A DNA stretch of 35,460 nucleotides from NCBI GenBank assembly GCA_025450395.1, contig JANWHK010000076.1, forward strand, positions 1 to 35,460. Direction: 5' to 3'. Shown here piece by piece: positions 18,053-26,747 of the stretch (the first letter of the stretch is position 1; every line of letters starts with the position of its first letter). The notes below the pieces were generated by a model, which was not told the origin of the DNA, did no database searches, and was given only the letters and a program-made list of their open reading frames with translations. Origin of the DNA: Bacteroidia bacterium. Lineage in GTDB: Bacteria; Bacteroidota; Bacteroidia; NS11-12g; UBA955. The position numbers and the translations under genes are program-made.

Positions 18053-18364
18053 ATGGAAGACTTTAGGGATAAGAACAGTATTTTTTCTAAGAGGGTGAAA
18101 GCTGGCAAAAGGACTTACTTTTTTGATGTAAGAAGCACAAAATCAAATGATTACTTTCTGACCATTACTGAAAGCACAAAGAAGTTCGACGACGGGAATT
18201 ATGTTAAATCTAAAATATTCCTGTACAAGGAAGATTTCAATAAATTCTCTGAAGCCCTGAATGAAACGATTAAACACGTTAAAAGTGAGCTACTTCCTGA
18301 ATATAATTTTGATGAATTCTCCAGGAAGGATTATGACCCTGAAACGGCTGCTCCGGCGAATTAA
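18053..18364 (+). CDS. PUR-family nucleic-acid-binding protein (DUF3276)
   Basis: IFSKRVKAGKRTYFFDV...DYFLTITES...KIFLYKEDF. Confidence 0.92.
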   Translation: MEDFRDKNSIFSKRVKAGKRTYFFDVRSTKSNDYFLTITESTKKFDDGNYVKSKIFLYKEDFNKFSEALNETIKHVKSELLPEYNFDEFSRKDYDPETAAPAN

Positions 18365-18417
18365 GAATTACCGGGTTTTCGGTTAGTTTGCCAGCAATTT
18401 AATACTTCAACTTTCCT

Positions 18418-19452
18418 TTATTTCTTTTTGTAGAACTCACCAAGGTTCATCAACAGGCTGAATTGGTTACTGCTGAATCCCGGGAAGAAGGCTGCGCTGC
18501 CATAACTGATGTGGAACTTGCTGATACGGAATCCCAGACCCCAGCTAAACCCACTGGTGCCTTTTTTCTGTTCCTGTGTAAGCTCCTTTCGTCTCATGTG
18601 GTTATAACCAAACCGTAACACAAAATTCTTTGAGATATTAAGTTCACCTCCAAGTGTCAGATGCCTCAGTATATTGTCGCCCATGGTCATTTTCCTGATC
18701 CTGTCATTCCCGTTTTCATCCTTCTCGCCTGTATTTGCGATTGAATAACGCATGTCAGGTTTTTGCAGGTCGTGAAGCACCAGGTTATACCTGAAAGGAA
18801 GATGTTCAAGTTTCTTTGAAAAACTCACAGCCAATTCAAAAGGCAGGTTTTGTCTCGAGGTATTTCCATAAGGAATGGCCTGGAAACCGATATTGCGTGC
18901 AAAGGCAGTAATAGTCAACTGTTTTGCAGTGTCGTGGTATATGCCTGAAAGGTCTGCTGATATGCCGTTGCTGACAAATGATTCATAGATGGAATAAACA
19001 TATTTGAGAGAGGCCCCATACCTGAACTTCTCTTTCCATTGCCGGCCCCATGAAAGCTGGAAACACTGATCCTTGACAGTAAACGTGCCGGTGCTGATAC
19101 CGTTGGGGGAATATCCATCAAATTTACCATAATCCAGGTACATGATGCCCATGCTGAATGTACCGAGTTTTTTGTAATCCCTTCCATATGCAAAATAACC
19201 TGAGTTGATATCCGATACATAGTTGTTATAGGTTGCAAAGGCATGGTTGTGCATTTTAGGGTTTAAGGCTGCAGGATTATTCCAGGCCAGGCTTATATCA
19301 TTGTCGACCACTGATATGAAATTGCTTCCCAGAGCCACCTGTCTTGACGATGCAGGCATGTTCAGGAAGGCGTAAACACCTTTGCCGCCGATCTGGGCAT
19401 CCATGTGAAGGAAAGAAATTAAAAATAAGGATAATACAGGTATGGATTTCAT
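18418..19452 (-). CDS. porQ: Type IX secretion system outer-membrane protein PorQ
   Basis: QIGG..VYAFLN.PASSRQVALG, NNPAAL, RHLTLGGE, RFGYNHMRRKEL, GFSWGLG; near lon; start moved to ATG 19452. Confidence 0.85.
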   Translation of the reverse strand: MKSIPVLSLFLISFLHMDAQIGGKGVYAFLNMPASSRQVALGSNFISVVDNDISLAWNNPAALNPKMHNHAFATYNNYVSDINSGYFAYGRDYKKLGTFSMGIMYLDYGKFDGYSPNGISTGTFTVKDQCFQLSWGRQWKEKFRYGASLKYVYSIYESFVSNGISADLSGIYHDTAKQLTITAFARNIGFQAIPYGNTSRQNLPFELAVSFSKKLEHLPFRYNLVLHDLQKPDMRYSIANTGEKDENGNDRIRKMTMGDNILRHLTLGGELNISKNFVLRFGYNHMRRKELTQEQKKGTSGFSWGLGFRISKFHISYGSAAFFPGFSSNQFSLLMNLGEFYKKK

Positions 19453-19537
19453 GCTTTTTCGCAACAATTTTAGTTAGTTAATGCAAAATCGGTGGTTTTA
19501 TTGTGATGTTTTAATTTAAAGATAATTTAATGACAGT

Positions 19538-20401
19538 TTAGTAGATGGTATCCCTGGAATTGCAGACACCGCCAACCATTCCAAGCCCATTGATGACATT
19601 TGTCTTTAATATGATAGGGTCATTGCTCAGGCCGTTGCCATCCTGGTTATAGGTATCTGTCTGCCTGAGGTAATTGAAATAATCTTCCGAAAAACACTTG
19701 ATTGATATCTCGAATTTAGGCGTGCCCATAGCCAGCCCTTCAGGGACTGTAAACACCAAAACCTTGGTTTTTCCTGCAAAGGTCCTGTCACTGAAGAGAT
19801 AACTTCCATCATTCAATTTCTCATTATTCAGGAACAGGATGTCATTGGATGTGAAATTGTACGGCGTCCAGGTCAGGATACCGGCATTATAATACTGGAT
19901 CAGGAGGCGGTAGTAATTTTTTACGCCCGGTTCATCCGTCAAGCTGAGTGTAATCTGCCCGACCTTGAAACCATCATTATCAAGGCCAATGGAATCGATA
20001 TATGAAGTAGTGGTGACAATGGCTTTTGGCATTGAAAACTCAGCAGTGGCTGGTGTATAAGCTCCTGCAGCCACATCCACTGTGTAACTCTTGCCTGCCT
20101 TTGGTTTATAGTTCAGGCGATAATATCCACCCTGGTATATGGCGGGGCCAATGAGGGAATCTCCTTCTTTTACAATGACACTGGCATTCTGCAGGAGATA
20201 TCCGCTGGAATCATTGGCTATCATGATCGGGATGCTTCTGCTCACCTGGAAAGAAAACGTATTTTCAGTATTGGCTTCTCCATTTACTACAATCTTGCTG
20301 GAATAAGGGGCTTGCTTGAGCTTAATGGGTTTGGGTTTAAGGCAAGCAACAAATGATATTGCGATAACAGATATAAGAAAGATGCGATTTTTGAGTTTCA
20401 T
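19538..20401 (-). CDS. DUF4249-family lipoprotein
   Basis: Lipobox FVAC; KIVVNG, DEPGVKNYY, LFSDRTFAG, TNVINGLGMVGG; directly downstream of a TonB receptor. Confidence 0.85.
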   Translation of the reverse strand: MKLKNRIFLISVIAISFVACLKPKPIKLKQAPYSSKIVVNGEANTENTFSFQVSRSIPIMIANDSSGYLLQNASVIVKEGDSLIGPAIYQGGYYRLNYKPKAGKSYTVDVAAGAYTPATAEFSMPKAIVTTTSYIDSIGLDNDGFKVGQITLSLTDEPGVKNYYRLLIQYYNAGILTWTPYNFTSNDILFLNNEKLNDGSYLFSDRTFAGKTKVLVFTVPEGLAMGTPKFEISIKCFSEDYFNYLRQTDTYNQDGNGLSNDPIILKTNVINGLGMVGGVCNSRDTIY

Positions 20402-20407
20402 GCTGGT

Positions 20408-22897
20408 TTAAAATTTAATGTAATAAGTGATGCCGGGAATAAAGCCTAAAAAACCTCTTTGATAGGCTTGAGGCTGGTTGCTTGAATTGTCTACAACATA
20501 GACATAAGCGGGATTATTGCGCGCAAGCACATTGTAAATGGAGATCCTGTAACCGCTTTCAGCACCGGATGAACGATCGCGTACCTTGTTGAATCCAACA
20601 TCTATCCTGAAGGTATTGGCAAGCCTGTAATTGTTCTTTTCAGGGTAATCATACACGACATGCCCGTTAATGTCAAGATATTTGCCAATAGGTACCGACT
20701 GGACATTGCCTGTTGAAAATACAACATTAAATGACAGTGTATGTTTTTCGCTTATTCTTGTCTGTGCTACAATGTTCACATAATGTCTTCTGTCAAACTG
20801 GAAATAATAGGTCTGGTCCCTGTTCACGCCGGGTGTATTCCTTTTGGCCCAGGATAAGGCATAACTGATCCAACCGGTGGTTTCTCCCCTGCGTTTGTGC
20901 AGGAAAGTTTCAATACCATAATTCCAGCCTTTCCCGTAAAGTACTTTTGACTCCCATTCATTGCTGGTCAGCAGGCCACCGTTGATATCCGCACCCTCCT
21001 TGATCTCCAGCAGGTTGGTGAACCATTTATAATAAGCTTCCACTGACAATTCAAGGTCTTCCTTATAGGGTTTGGATATGCCCAGGGTTACCTGTTGAGC
21101 TCTTTGTGGCCTTGCCAGGTCGGTGGCGGGCACCCACCTGTCAAAATTCAGCGCGATGATGTTGGAATTGATATTGTCAGCCAGCAGGTGCAGGGTCTGG
21201 TTCATCAGGGTATAACTGCCCTTTAATGCATATTCGTTATTTATTTTTGCATTGAAGGATACTCTTGGTTCCGGCAACAGGTAGGTATTCTTTTTGTAAA
21301 AATATGAAACAAAACGTCCGCCTAAAGTCATCTTGAAATCCTTGCTCAACCTGATCTCATCCTCAAGATAAACGGCTATCTCCTTAGTCACTACAGCTTT
21401 TTTAAGTCCGAAGAATGTGTCATTGGAAACAATACCGTTATTATTATATTTGGTAGATGTGGTCCCGGGCAGGAATCCCTTCATGGAAAAAGCGGCTCCG
21501 AAACGCAGTGTATGCCGTTTGCTGGCTATAAAATCGTAATCGAGCCTGGTATTGAAATCGCGGATAAAATTAATATACTTGAAATTGATGTTTGACGTAT
21601 TGTTGACATTCACGCTGTCGAAAGAAGACTCAAACATCTGTCCTATGACACTTTTGTATTGGCTGTAACTCAGCGTGAGATTCGAAAAAAGACGGTTGCT
21701 GATCACCTTGTTCCATTTGAACGATCCGAGAAAATTGCCCCATTTGATCTCAAAATCCTCCTTGGTCTGGAGCAGGTTGTTGTTCTGTGTATCGTTTGTG
21801 CTTAAGAAGGTGTGCATCCTGTCCCTGCCGGAGTATATACTGAAGAAAAGTTTGTTTTTTTCATCGAGGCGATGGCATACTTTTACATTCAGGTCATAAA
21901 AAGTATAGGTGAATTTATTTGAATCTGTGCTGATAGGCCTCAGGAATAATAAGTCCCAGTGGGAACGCCTTCCTGAAATGGCGAATGTAGTCCTCCCGTC
22001 ACGCGACAAGGGGCCGTTAAGTTCTAATGTGAAAGCCAGCAGACTGTTCAGGAAGATGCCGTGAATGCCCGTGGAATTACCTTCTTTCATCACCACATCG
22101 GTGATGGCGGATAACCTGCCGCCGTTCTTTGCGGAGTACCCGCTCTTGGTCAGGTTGATGCTGTTAATGGCTTCGGAATTGAATACAGAATAAAAACCAA
22201 AAACGTGATTCATGTTATAGAGTGGCACTCCGTCCAGCAAGACCAGGTTCTGGTCCTGTCCACCACCTCTCACATACATGCCGTTGGTGAGTTCTGTTCC
22301 CGGCATTACACCCGGTAAATGCTTGATAGCTCTTCCTACGTCAATTTCCCCGCCAAGAGAAGGCATACGGCTGATCTGAAATCCCGGAACTTCTACAAAA
22401 CCGTTTTCTATCCTGTCTATGATCTTGAAGTTCCTTTCCAGGACATAACGAATAAGGTTATTCACCTCCTCTTTATTTCGTATTGTGACCTTTTTTGGCG
22501 CTTCTGAAGTGTCATTTTCTTCAGTATCATCTTCTTCTGTTTCTATAGGTGCATTCTGAAAAGGATCAGTTTGGGCCTGGTCTTCATACATCTGCCTCAG
22601 GCTGACATTCACATGCTTGTTTTTATTGATTGAGTTTGTATCAATCTTTGCGAGGTATCCCTCGTTCATGTAAAGAATATTTTTCGTTCCGTATGGAATG
22701 CTTAAGGCGTAATAGCCGTAGTTATTGGTAACGGAGCCGGAGCCGGTCTGGGGACAAAATACGTAGGCACCGATCAGTACTTCGCCTGTTTCACTGTCGG
22801 TGACGAATCCTGATATTGAAAAACTCTGGGAAGACAGTCGCAAAGCAAAAAACATAAATACACTTAAAGTAAGAACAAATTTCAGTCTGGCAAACAT
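20408..22897 (-). CDS. TonB-dependent outer-membrane receptor
   Basis: N-terminal ISGFVTDSETGEVLIGA...TNNYGYY domain; plug LPGV...YVRGGGQDQNLVLLDG; GGRLSA; C-terminal Phe. Confidence 0.93.
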   Translation of the reverse strand: MFARLKFVLTLSVFMFFALRLSSQSFSISGFVTDSETGEVLIGAYVFCPQTGSGSVTNNYGYYALSIPYGTKNILYMNEGYLAKIDTNSINKNKHVNVSLRQMYEDQAQTDPFQNAPIETEEDDTEENDTSEAPKKVTIRNKEEVNNLIRYVLERNFKIIDRIENGFVEVPGFQISRMPSLGGEIDVGRAIKHLPGVMPGTELTNGMYVRGGGQDQNLVLLDGVPLYNMNHVFGFYSVFNSEAINSINLTKSGYSAKNGGRLSAITDVVMKEGNSTGIHGIFLNSLLAFTLELNGPLSRDGRTTFAISGRRSHWDLLFLRPISTDSNKFTYTFYDLNVKVCHRLDEKNKLFFSIYSGRDRMHTFLSTNDTQNNNLLQTKEDFEIKWGNFLGSFKWNKVISNRLFSNLTLSYSQYKSVIGQMFESSFDSVNVNNTSNINFKYINFIRDFNTRLDYDFIASKRHTLRFGAAFSMKGFLPGTTSTKYNNNGIVSNDTFFGLKKAVVTKEIAVYLEDEIRLSKDFKMTLGGRFVSYFYKKNTYLLPEPRVSFNAKINNEYALKGSYTLMNQTLHLLADNINSNIIALNFDRWVPATDLARPQRAQQVTLGISKPYKEDLELSVEAYYKWFTNLLEIKEGADINGGLLTSNEWESKVLYGKGWNYGIETFLHKRRGETTGWISYALSWAKRNTPGVNRDQTYYFQFDRRHYVNIVAQTRISEKHTLSFNVVFSTGNVQSVPIGKYLDINGHVVYDYPEKNNYRLANTFRIDVGFNKVRDRSSGAESGYRISIYNVLARNNPAYVYVVDNSSNQPQAYQRGFLGFIPGITYYIKF

Positions 22898-23053
22898 ATA
22901 TATGAAATAAAAAATTCAAATTTATAAAAAATTAATTCATTAATCAAGGATTAAATTCATGATTAAATCCTGCCTTTACGTGCAAAATACGCGTTAATCG
23001 CAGGTTTTGAATGAATCAAGTATGTGCCTCATTACCAAGTTCCTGTGTTGTAG

Positions 23054-23069
23054 AGGCACAGTTTTTGCA
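23054..23069 (+). promoter_or_regulatory. Candidate sigma54 (-24/-12) promoter
   Basis: AGGCAC-AGTTT-TTGCA with exact GG-N10-GC spacing. Confidence 0.55.
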
Positions 23070-23131
23070 GATATTGAGGTATAACTTGTGGAAAATCCCA
23101 AAACCTTATACTTTATCTTTGAATTAATAAT

Positions 23132-23674
23132 TTGAAAATAATCCGGTATATTTTCATATCGATTCTGTTCATTCATACCTTAGATTGTAAAGCTGCTTCA
23201 CACAGTGATACTGCGATCAGGAACATCGACACTGTTGATGTTTTAAGGGGTCTTGATCTTAAACGGGTGCCTGCTTTGGATACTTTGCATAGAGTAGCTA
23301 AAAAGTACTTGGGTAAGTGGGCATACCTATTCCTTGCCATCAAGATAGAGGAAAGCGGTAACAACAATCATTACAGCTGGCTTTCCGTCAATCATTTCAA
23401 TTTAGTAGGCATGCGGTTTCCAAGGGCCAGGAGGACTTATGCCACGGGTTCCACAAATACCAATTATGCCATCTACCGAAACTGGTTCGAATGTATGCTT
23501 GATTTCAAGATCTACCTTGAAATAGTCGAAAGGAAGTATATCGAGAAAAACAAGAAGACACCAAAGACCGACCTCGAGATGCTCAATTTCATGTATAATT
23601 CCTTCAACCATTTCGCGAAGTGGAAAAAGGATATGTTGATATTGATCAAGTACGTGAGGAAGAAGTATAAATAG
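23132..23674 (+). CDS. Secreted glucosaminidase (GH73/lysozyme-like) domain protein
   Basis: Signal peptide; IEESG, NHFNLVGMR, YAIYRNWFECMLDF; TTG start 10 nt after TATCTTTG (23114-23121). Confidence 0.68.
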   Translation: MKIIRYIFISILFIHTLDCKAASHSDTAIRNIDTVDVLRGLDLKRVPALDTLHRVAKKYLGKWAYLFLAIKIEESGNNNHYSWLSVNHFNLVGMRFPRARRTYATGSTNTNYAIYRNWFECMLDFKIYLEIVERKYIEKNKKTPKTDLEMLNFMYNSFNHFAKWKKDMLILIKYVRKKYK

Positions 23675-23791
23675 CCAGTTGGTTCTCGTTTTATTAGAAA
23701 CGTATTCGTATTTATACTAAATTTTGCTATTCTTTAATTAAATCTGAAAAACTAGCCGGAAAGACCGCAGCGGAATCAATTTTTACTTTTA

Positions 23792-23840
23792 ATTATTAAT
23801 TGTTAATTATCCATTGTCAATTATCAATTGTCCATTATTT
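23792..23840. repeat. Heptamer tandem array upstream of the glycosyltransferase
   Basis: ATTATTA ATTGTTA ATTATCC ATTGTCA ATTATCA ATTGTCC ATTATTT. Confidence 0.8.
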
Positions 23841-23848
23841 TCGCGGCA

Positions 23849-24721
23849 ATGTTTGTTTCCGGATTTACCATTGCCCGCAATGTGCTGAAGGCTGATTACC
23901 CGATCAGGGAAGCGGTTTATTCCATTCTGCCACTCTGTGATGAAATGGTCATAGCAGTGGGTAAGAGCGATGACAATACACTGGAGTATATACGGAGTTT
24001 CGATTCACCTAAAATAAGGGTCATTGAAACCACATGGGATGATACCCTGAGGGAAGGCGGAAAGGTGTTGGCGGTAGAGACCAACAAGGCCTTGGATGCG
24101 ATAGACCCAAGGGCGGACTGGTGTTTTTATATTCAGGCCGATGAATGCCTGCATGAAATGTACATCGATGATATCCATTCATCCATGATGAAGTACAAGG
24201 ACGATAAAAGTACAGAAGGATTTTTGTTTGATTATGTGCATTTTTATGGCAGTTATGATTATGTGGCAGATAGCCGGAACTGGTACAGGAAAGAGATCAG
24301 GATTATCAGGAATGACCCGCGGATAAGATCTTACAAGGATGCACAGGGTTTCAGGCTGGACAATCGGAAATTAAATGTCAGGCCGCCAGATGCCGCCATC
24401 TTTCATTACGGCTGGGTCAAGCACCCGAAACAGCAGTTGGAAAAACTGAAACAGGCGCGCAGGTTCTGGCATAGCGATGAGTTCCTGGAAAAGGAATATG
24501 CCGATGCAGAAGCATTTGATTTCAGTATCGTCGATTCACTTCAGAAATTTAAGGGCACACATCCCGCAGTGATGCAGGAACGCATCAGGTTGCAGAACTG
24601 GGTTTTTGAACATGATATTTCGATAAAAAACCTGAACTTTAAAAAACGCTTGTTGTATATTATAGAAAAACTGAGCGGATGGCGGGTAGGGGAGAACAGG
24701 AATTACAAAGTCATAAAATGA
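23849..24721 (+). CDS. Glycosyltransferase family 2
   Basis: VSGFTIARN...YP, SDDNT, WCFYIQADE (DXD-like), FHYGWV, FKGTHP; start moved to ATG 23849. Confidence 0.9.
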   Translation: MFVSGFTIARNVLKADYPIREAVYSILPLCDEMVIAVGKSDDNTLEYIRSFDSPKIRVIETTWDDTLREGGKVLAVETNKALDAIDPRADWCFYIQADECLHEMYIDDIHSSMMKYKDDKSTEGFLFDYVHFYGSYDYVADSRNWYRKEIRIIRNDPRIRSYKDAQGFRLDNRKLNVRPPDAAIFHYGWVKHPKQQLEKLKQARRFWHSDEFLEKEYADAEAFDFSIVDSLQKFKGTHPAVMQERIRLQNWVFEHDISIKNLNFKKRLLYIIEKLSGWRVGENRNYKVIK

Positions 24722-24761
24722 CGTTACTGCAAAAGTACGGATTAGGGTTTTTAACCTGATT

Positions 24762-24803
24762 ACCGGTTCCCACCGGCTGCCCACTGGCTGTCCACCAGTT
24801 CCC
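24762..24803. repeat. Degenerate 10-11-bp tandem repeat between convergent genes
   Basis: ACCGGTTCCC ACCGGCTGCCC ACTGGCTGTCC ACCAGTTCCC. Confidence 0.6.
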
Positions 24804-24805
24804 GC

Positions 24806-25873
24806 TTACTGCAAATGGATATCCAATGCATCCCGTAAAGCAATCCCCAGGAAATTAAAAGCCATCACCAATAACATGATTGCCAATCCCGGAACAATGG
24901 CGAGGTAAGCGCTGTCGAACATGATATACCCGAAATTCTCCTTGATCATCATACCCCAGCTCGGGGCTGGCGGTGCAATGCCAAGGCCGAGGAAACTCAG
25001 TCCTGATTCCAGCAGTATGGCAGAACCAAAAATGGAAACCGCAAGTACGATCAACGAGCTCTTCAGGTTGGGCAGGATATGCCTGAACATGATGCGGGAA
25101 GAGCTAAAACCCAGGACTTTTGCGGCCTGTATATATTCCTTTTCACGTATACTGAATACCTGACCCCTCACAACCCTGGCGACTTCCACCCAACTGCTTA
25201 GACCGATGGCGATAAAGATCTGCCAGAAACCCTTGCCAAGCGCGAAACTGATCGCCACCACCAATAACATGGTAGGCAGGCTCCATATCACATTGATGAA
25301 CCATGAAATGACTGTATCGGTCCTGCCCCTGAAATATCCTGACATCAAACCCAGTGTTGTGCCTATCAATAATGAAATGAGTACGGCTACCAAACCAACG
25401 GAAAGTGATACCCTGGTACCCATGATGATGCGGCTCAGGACATCCCTGCCAAAACCATCAGTGCCCAGGAGAAAGGTTTTGTTGACTATATGGTATGTTT
25501 TCTTGTCACCGCTAAGGACAATCTTTTCAAGGATCACCTTTTTTTCCGGGTGATACAAGGTTAATATGGCAGTATCCTTATCAATTTTGCAGGATTGTAT
25601 GGCGATACTTTTCAATGGTTCGTATTTTCCGTTCCACCATATACCGGCCATGTTTTGTTGTTTTCCGGAAGGAATCTCAAAAAAGGTCACACGGCTTAAA
25701 GGTTTTAAAAGTGCAACCGGTAAATTGATCTGGTTCGCATTTTTTGTTTTGTCGAGGGTGATGATATTGCCCAAAAAACTGATGATAACGGCTATGGCAA
25801 TGATGACTGCACCAAACAGGCCAAGCTGGTGCCTGAATATTTTTCTCAAGATATGCTGTTGTGGTCCCGCCAA
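24806..25873 (-). CDS. Peptide ABC transporter permease (OppC/DppC family)
   Basis: LLGTDGFGRDVLSR, EYIQAAKVLG (EAA loop), RHILPN, LSFLGLG...PSWG; TTG start downstream of TAAATTTG (25885-25892). Confidence 0.93.
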   Translation of the reverse strand: MAGPQQHILRKIFRHQLGLFGAVIIAIAVIISFLGNIITLDKTKNANQINLPVALLKPLSRVTFFEIPSGKQQNMAGIWWNGKYEPLKSIAIQSCKIDKDTAILTLYHPEKKVILEKIVLSGDKKTYHIVNKTFLLGTDGFGRDVLSRIIMGTRVSLSVGLVAVLISLLIGTTLGLMSGYFRGRTDTVISWFINVIWSLPTMLLVVAISFALGKGFWQIFIAIGLSSWVEVARVVRGQVFSIREKEYIQAAKVLGFSSSRIMFRHILPNLKSSLIVLAVSIFGSAILLESGLSFLGLGIAPPAPSWGMMIKENFGYIMFDSAYLAIVPGLAIMLLVMAFNFLGIALRDALDIHLQ

Positions 25874-25964
25874 TGTATTGCGGGCAAATTTAAGGATTTG
25901 AAACCAGAAGAATGAAATGAATTAAAAACATATATTTGCAGATGTTGCTTTAAGCGGCATATAT

Positions 25965-26747
25965 ATGAAAATGCGTTTCTTTTACCTTTTTTTTATGGTA
26001 TTTATAGTTGCCTGTAGCAATATGGGGAATACACCTGCTGAAGGTTCACGCAATGATTACTTAGATCATCAACAGATCATCAGGGAGCGAATAGATGGTC
26101 CGGCCAATGTGCAATCCAACCCCGGCGGTGAAATATTGTTCACGCTTGATGACAATATCCCTGTGGAAATCAGCCTGGCTAAGAACGGATGGCACCAGAT
26201 CCTGGTCTATGCAGAGGTCGATAGCACTGAATTTGACATGGATTCCATAAAGGCAGGTCGTGATATCATCATTGATGGAAAAAAATCAGGCAAGGTGCTG
26301 AAAACACATCGGGTAGGCATTTCCCGTTCGAAGCAAACATGGGCAATGTTGTATGGGTATATCCATAAAAATAGTATCAGGCGGGAAACAGTGATTGAAA
26401 CCTGGCTATTGGAAAAACTGCGGAAATCAGGTCGCGGACTCAAGGATTGGCAGGATTTTATCTATTGGTTCGACCTTCAAACAGATTCCGTCCAGTTTGC
26501 TCCGTTCACAGGGTATTATAATTATGAAAATGGAGTGGATGATCCTTCGCCGGGTTTCAGGGTGATGTTGCTATTTGAAGGTGAAAAGCTACAAGGCGTA
26601 CTGCATTCACGGAGCCTGCCCCTGGATGATATGTCAACCAGGTGGACAGACAGGGGACTTAAGGTTTCATTTTACAAGGATTACCCCGTGGACAAACAGG
26701 AAAAGTTCATGGAGGAACTTGAAAACTGGTTACTGACGGTGGATTAA
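25965..26747 (+). CDS. Hypothetical lipoprotein
   Basis: Lipobox IVAC; possible SH3b-like segment (ANVQSNP...NGWHQI...GYI); TATATTTG at 25931-25938. Confidence 0.72.
   Translation: MKMRFFYLFFMVFIVACSNMGNTPAEGSRNDYLDHQQIIRERIDGPANVQSNPGGEILFTLDDNIPVEISLAKNGWHQILVYAEVDSTEFDMDSIKAGRDIIIDGKKSGKVLKTHRVGISRSKQTWAMLYGYIHKNSIRRETVIETWLLEKLRKSGRGLKDWQDFIYWFDLQTDSVQFAPFTGYYNYENGVDDPSPGFRVMLLFEGEKLQGVLHSRSLPLDDMSTRWTDRGLKVSFYKDYPVDKQEKFMEELENWLLTVD

Noticed and set aside
23087-23095. DnaA-box-like TGTGGAAAA
   Set aside because: Single mismatched copy; no cluster or other sign of an origin.
22994-23176. 60-aa minus-strand ORF in the TonB/GH73 intergenic region
   Set aside because: Overlaps the opposite gene and its promoter elements; no coding signal.
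23675-23790. Possible small RNA between the GH73-like and GT2 genes
   Set aside because: No convincing stem structure, terminator or known RNA motif.
24806-25873. Orphan ABC permease (and ktrA without ktrB) as signs of a broken or novel system
   Set aside because: Dispersed transporter subunits are common in Bacteroidota; partners are probably elsewhere in the genome.
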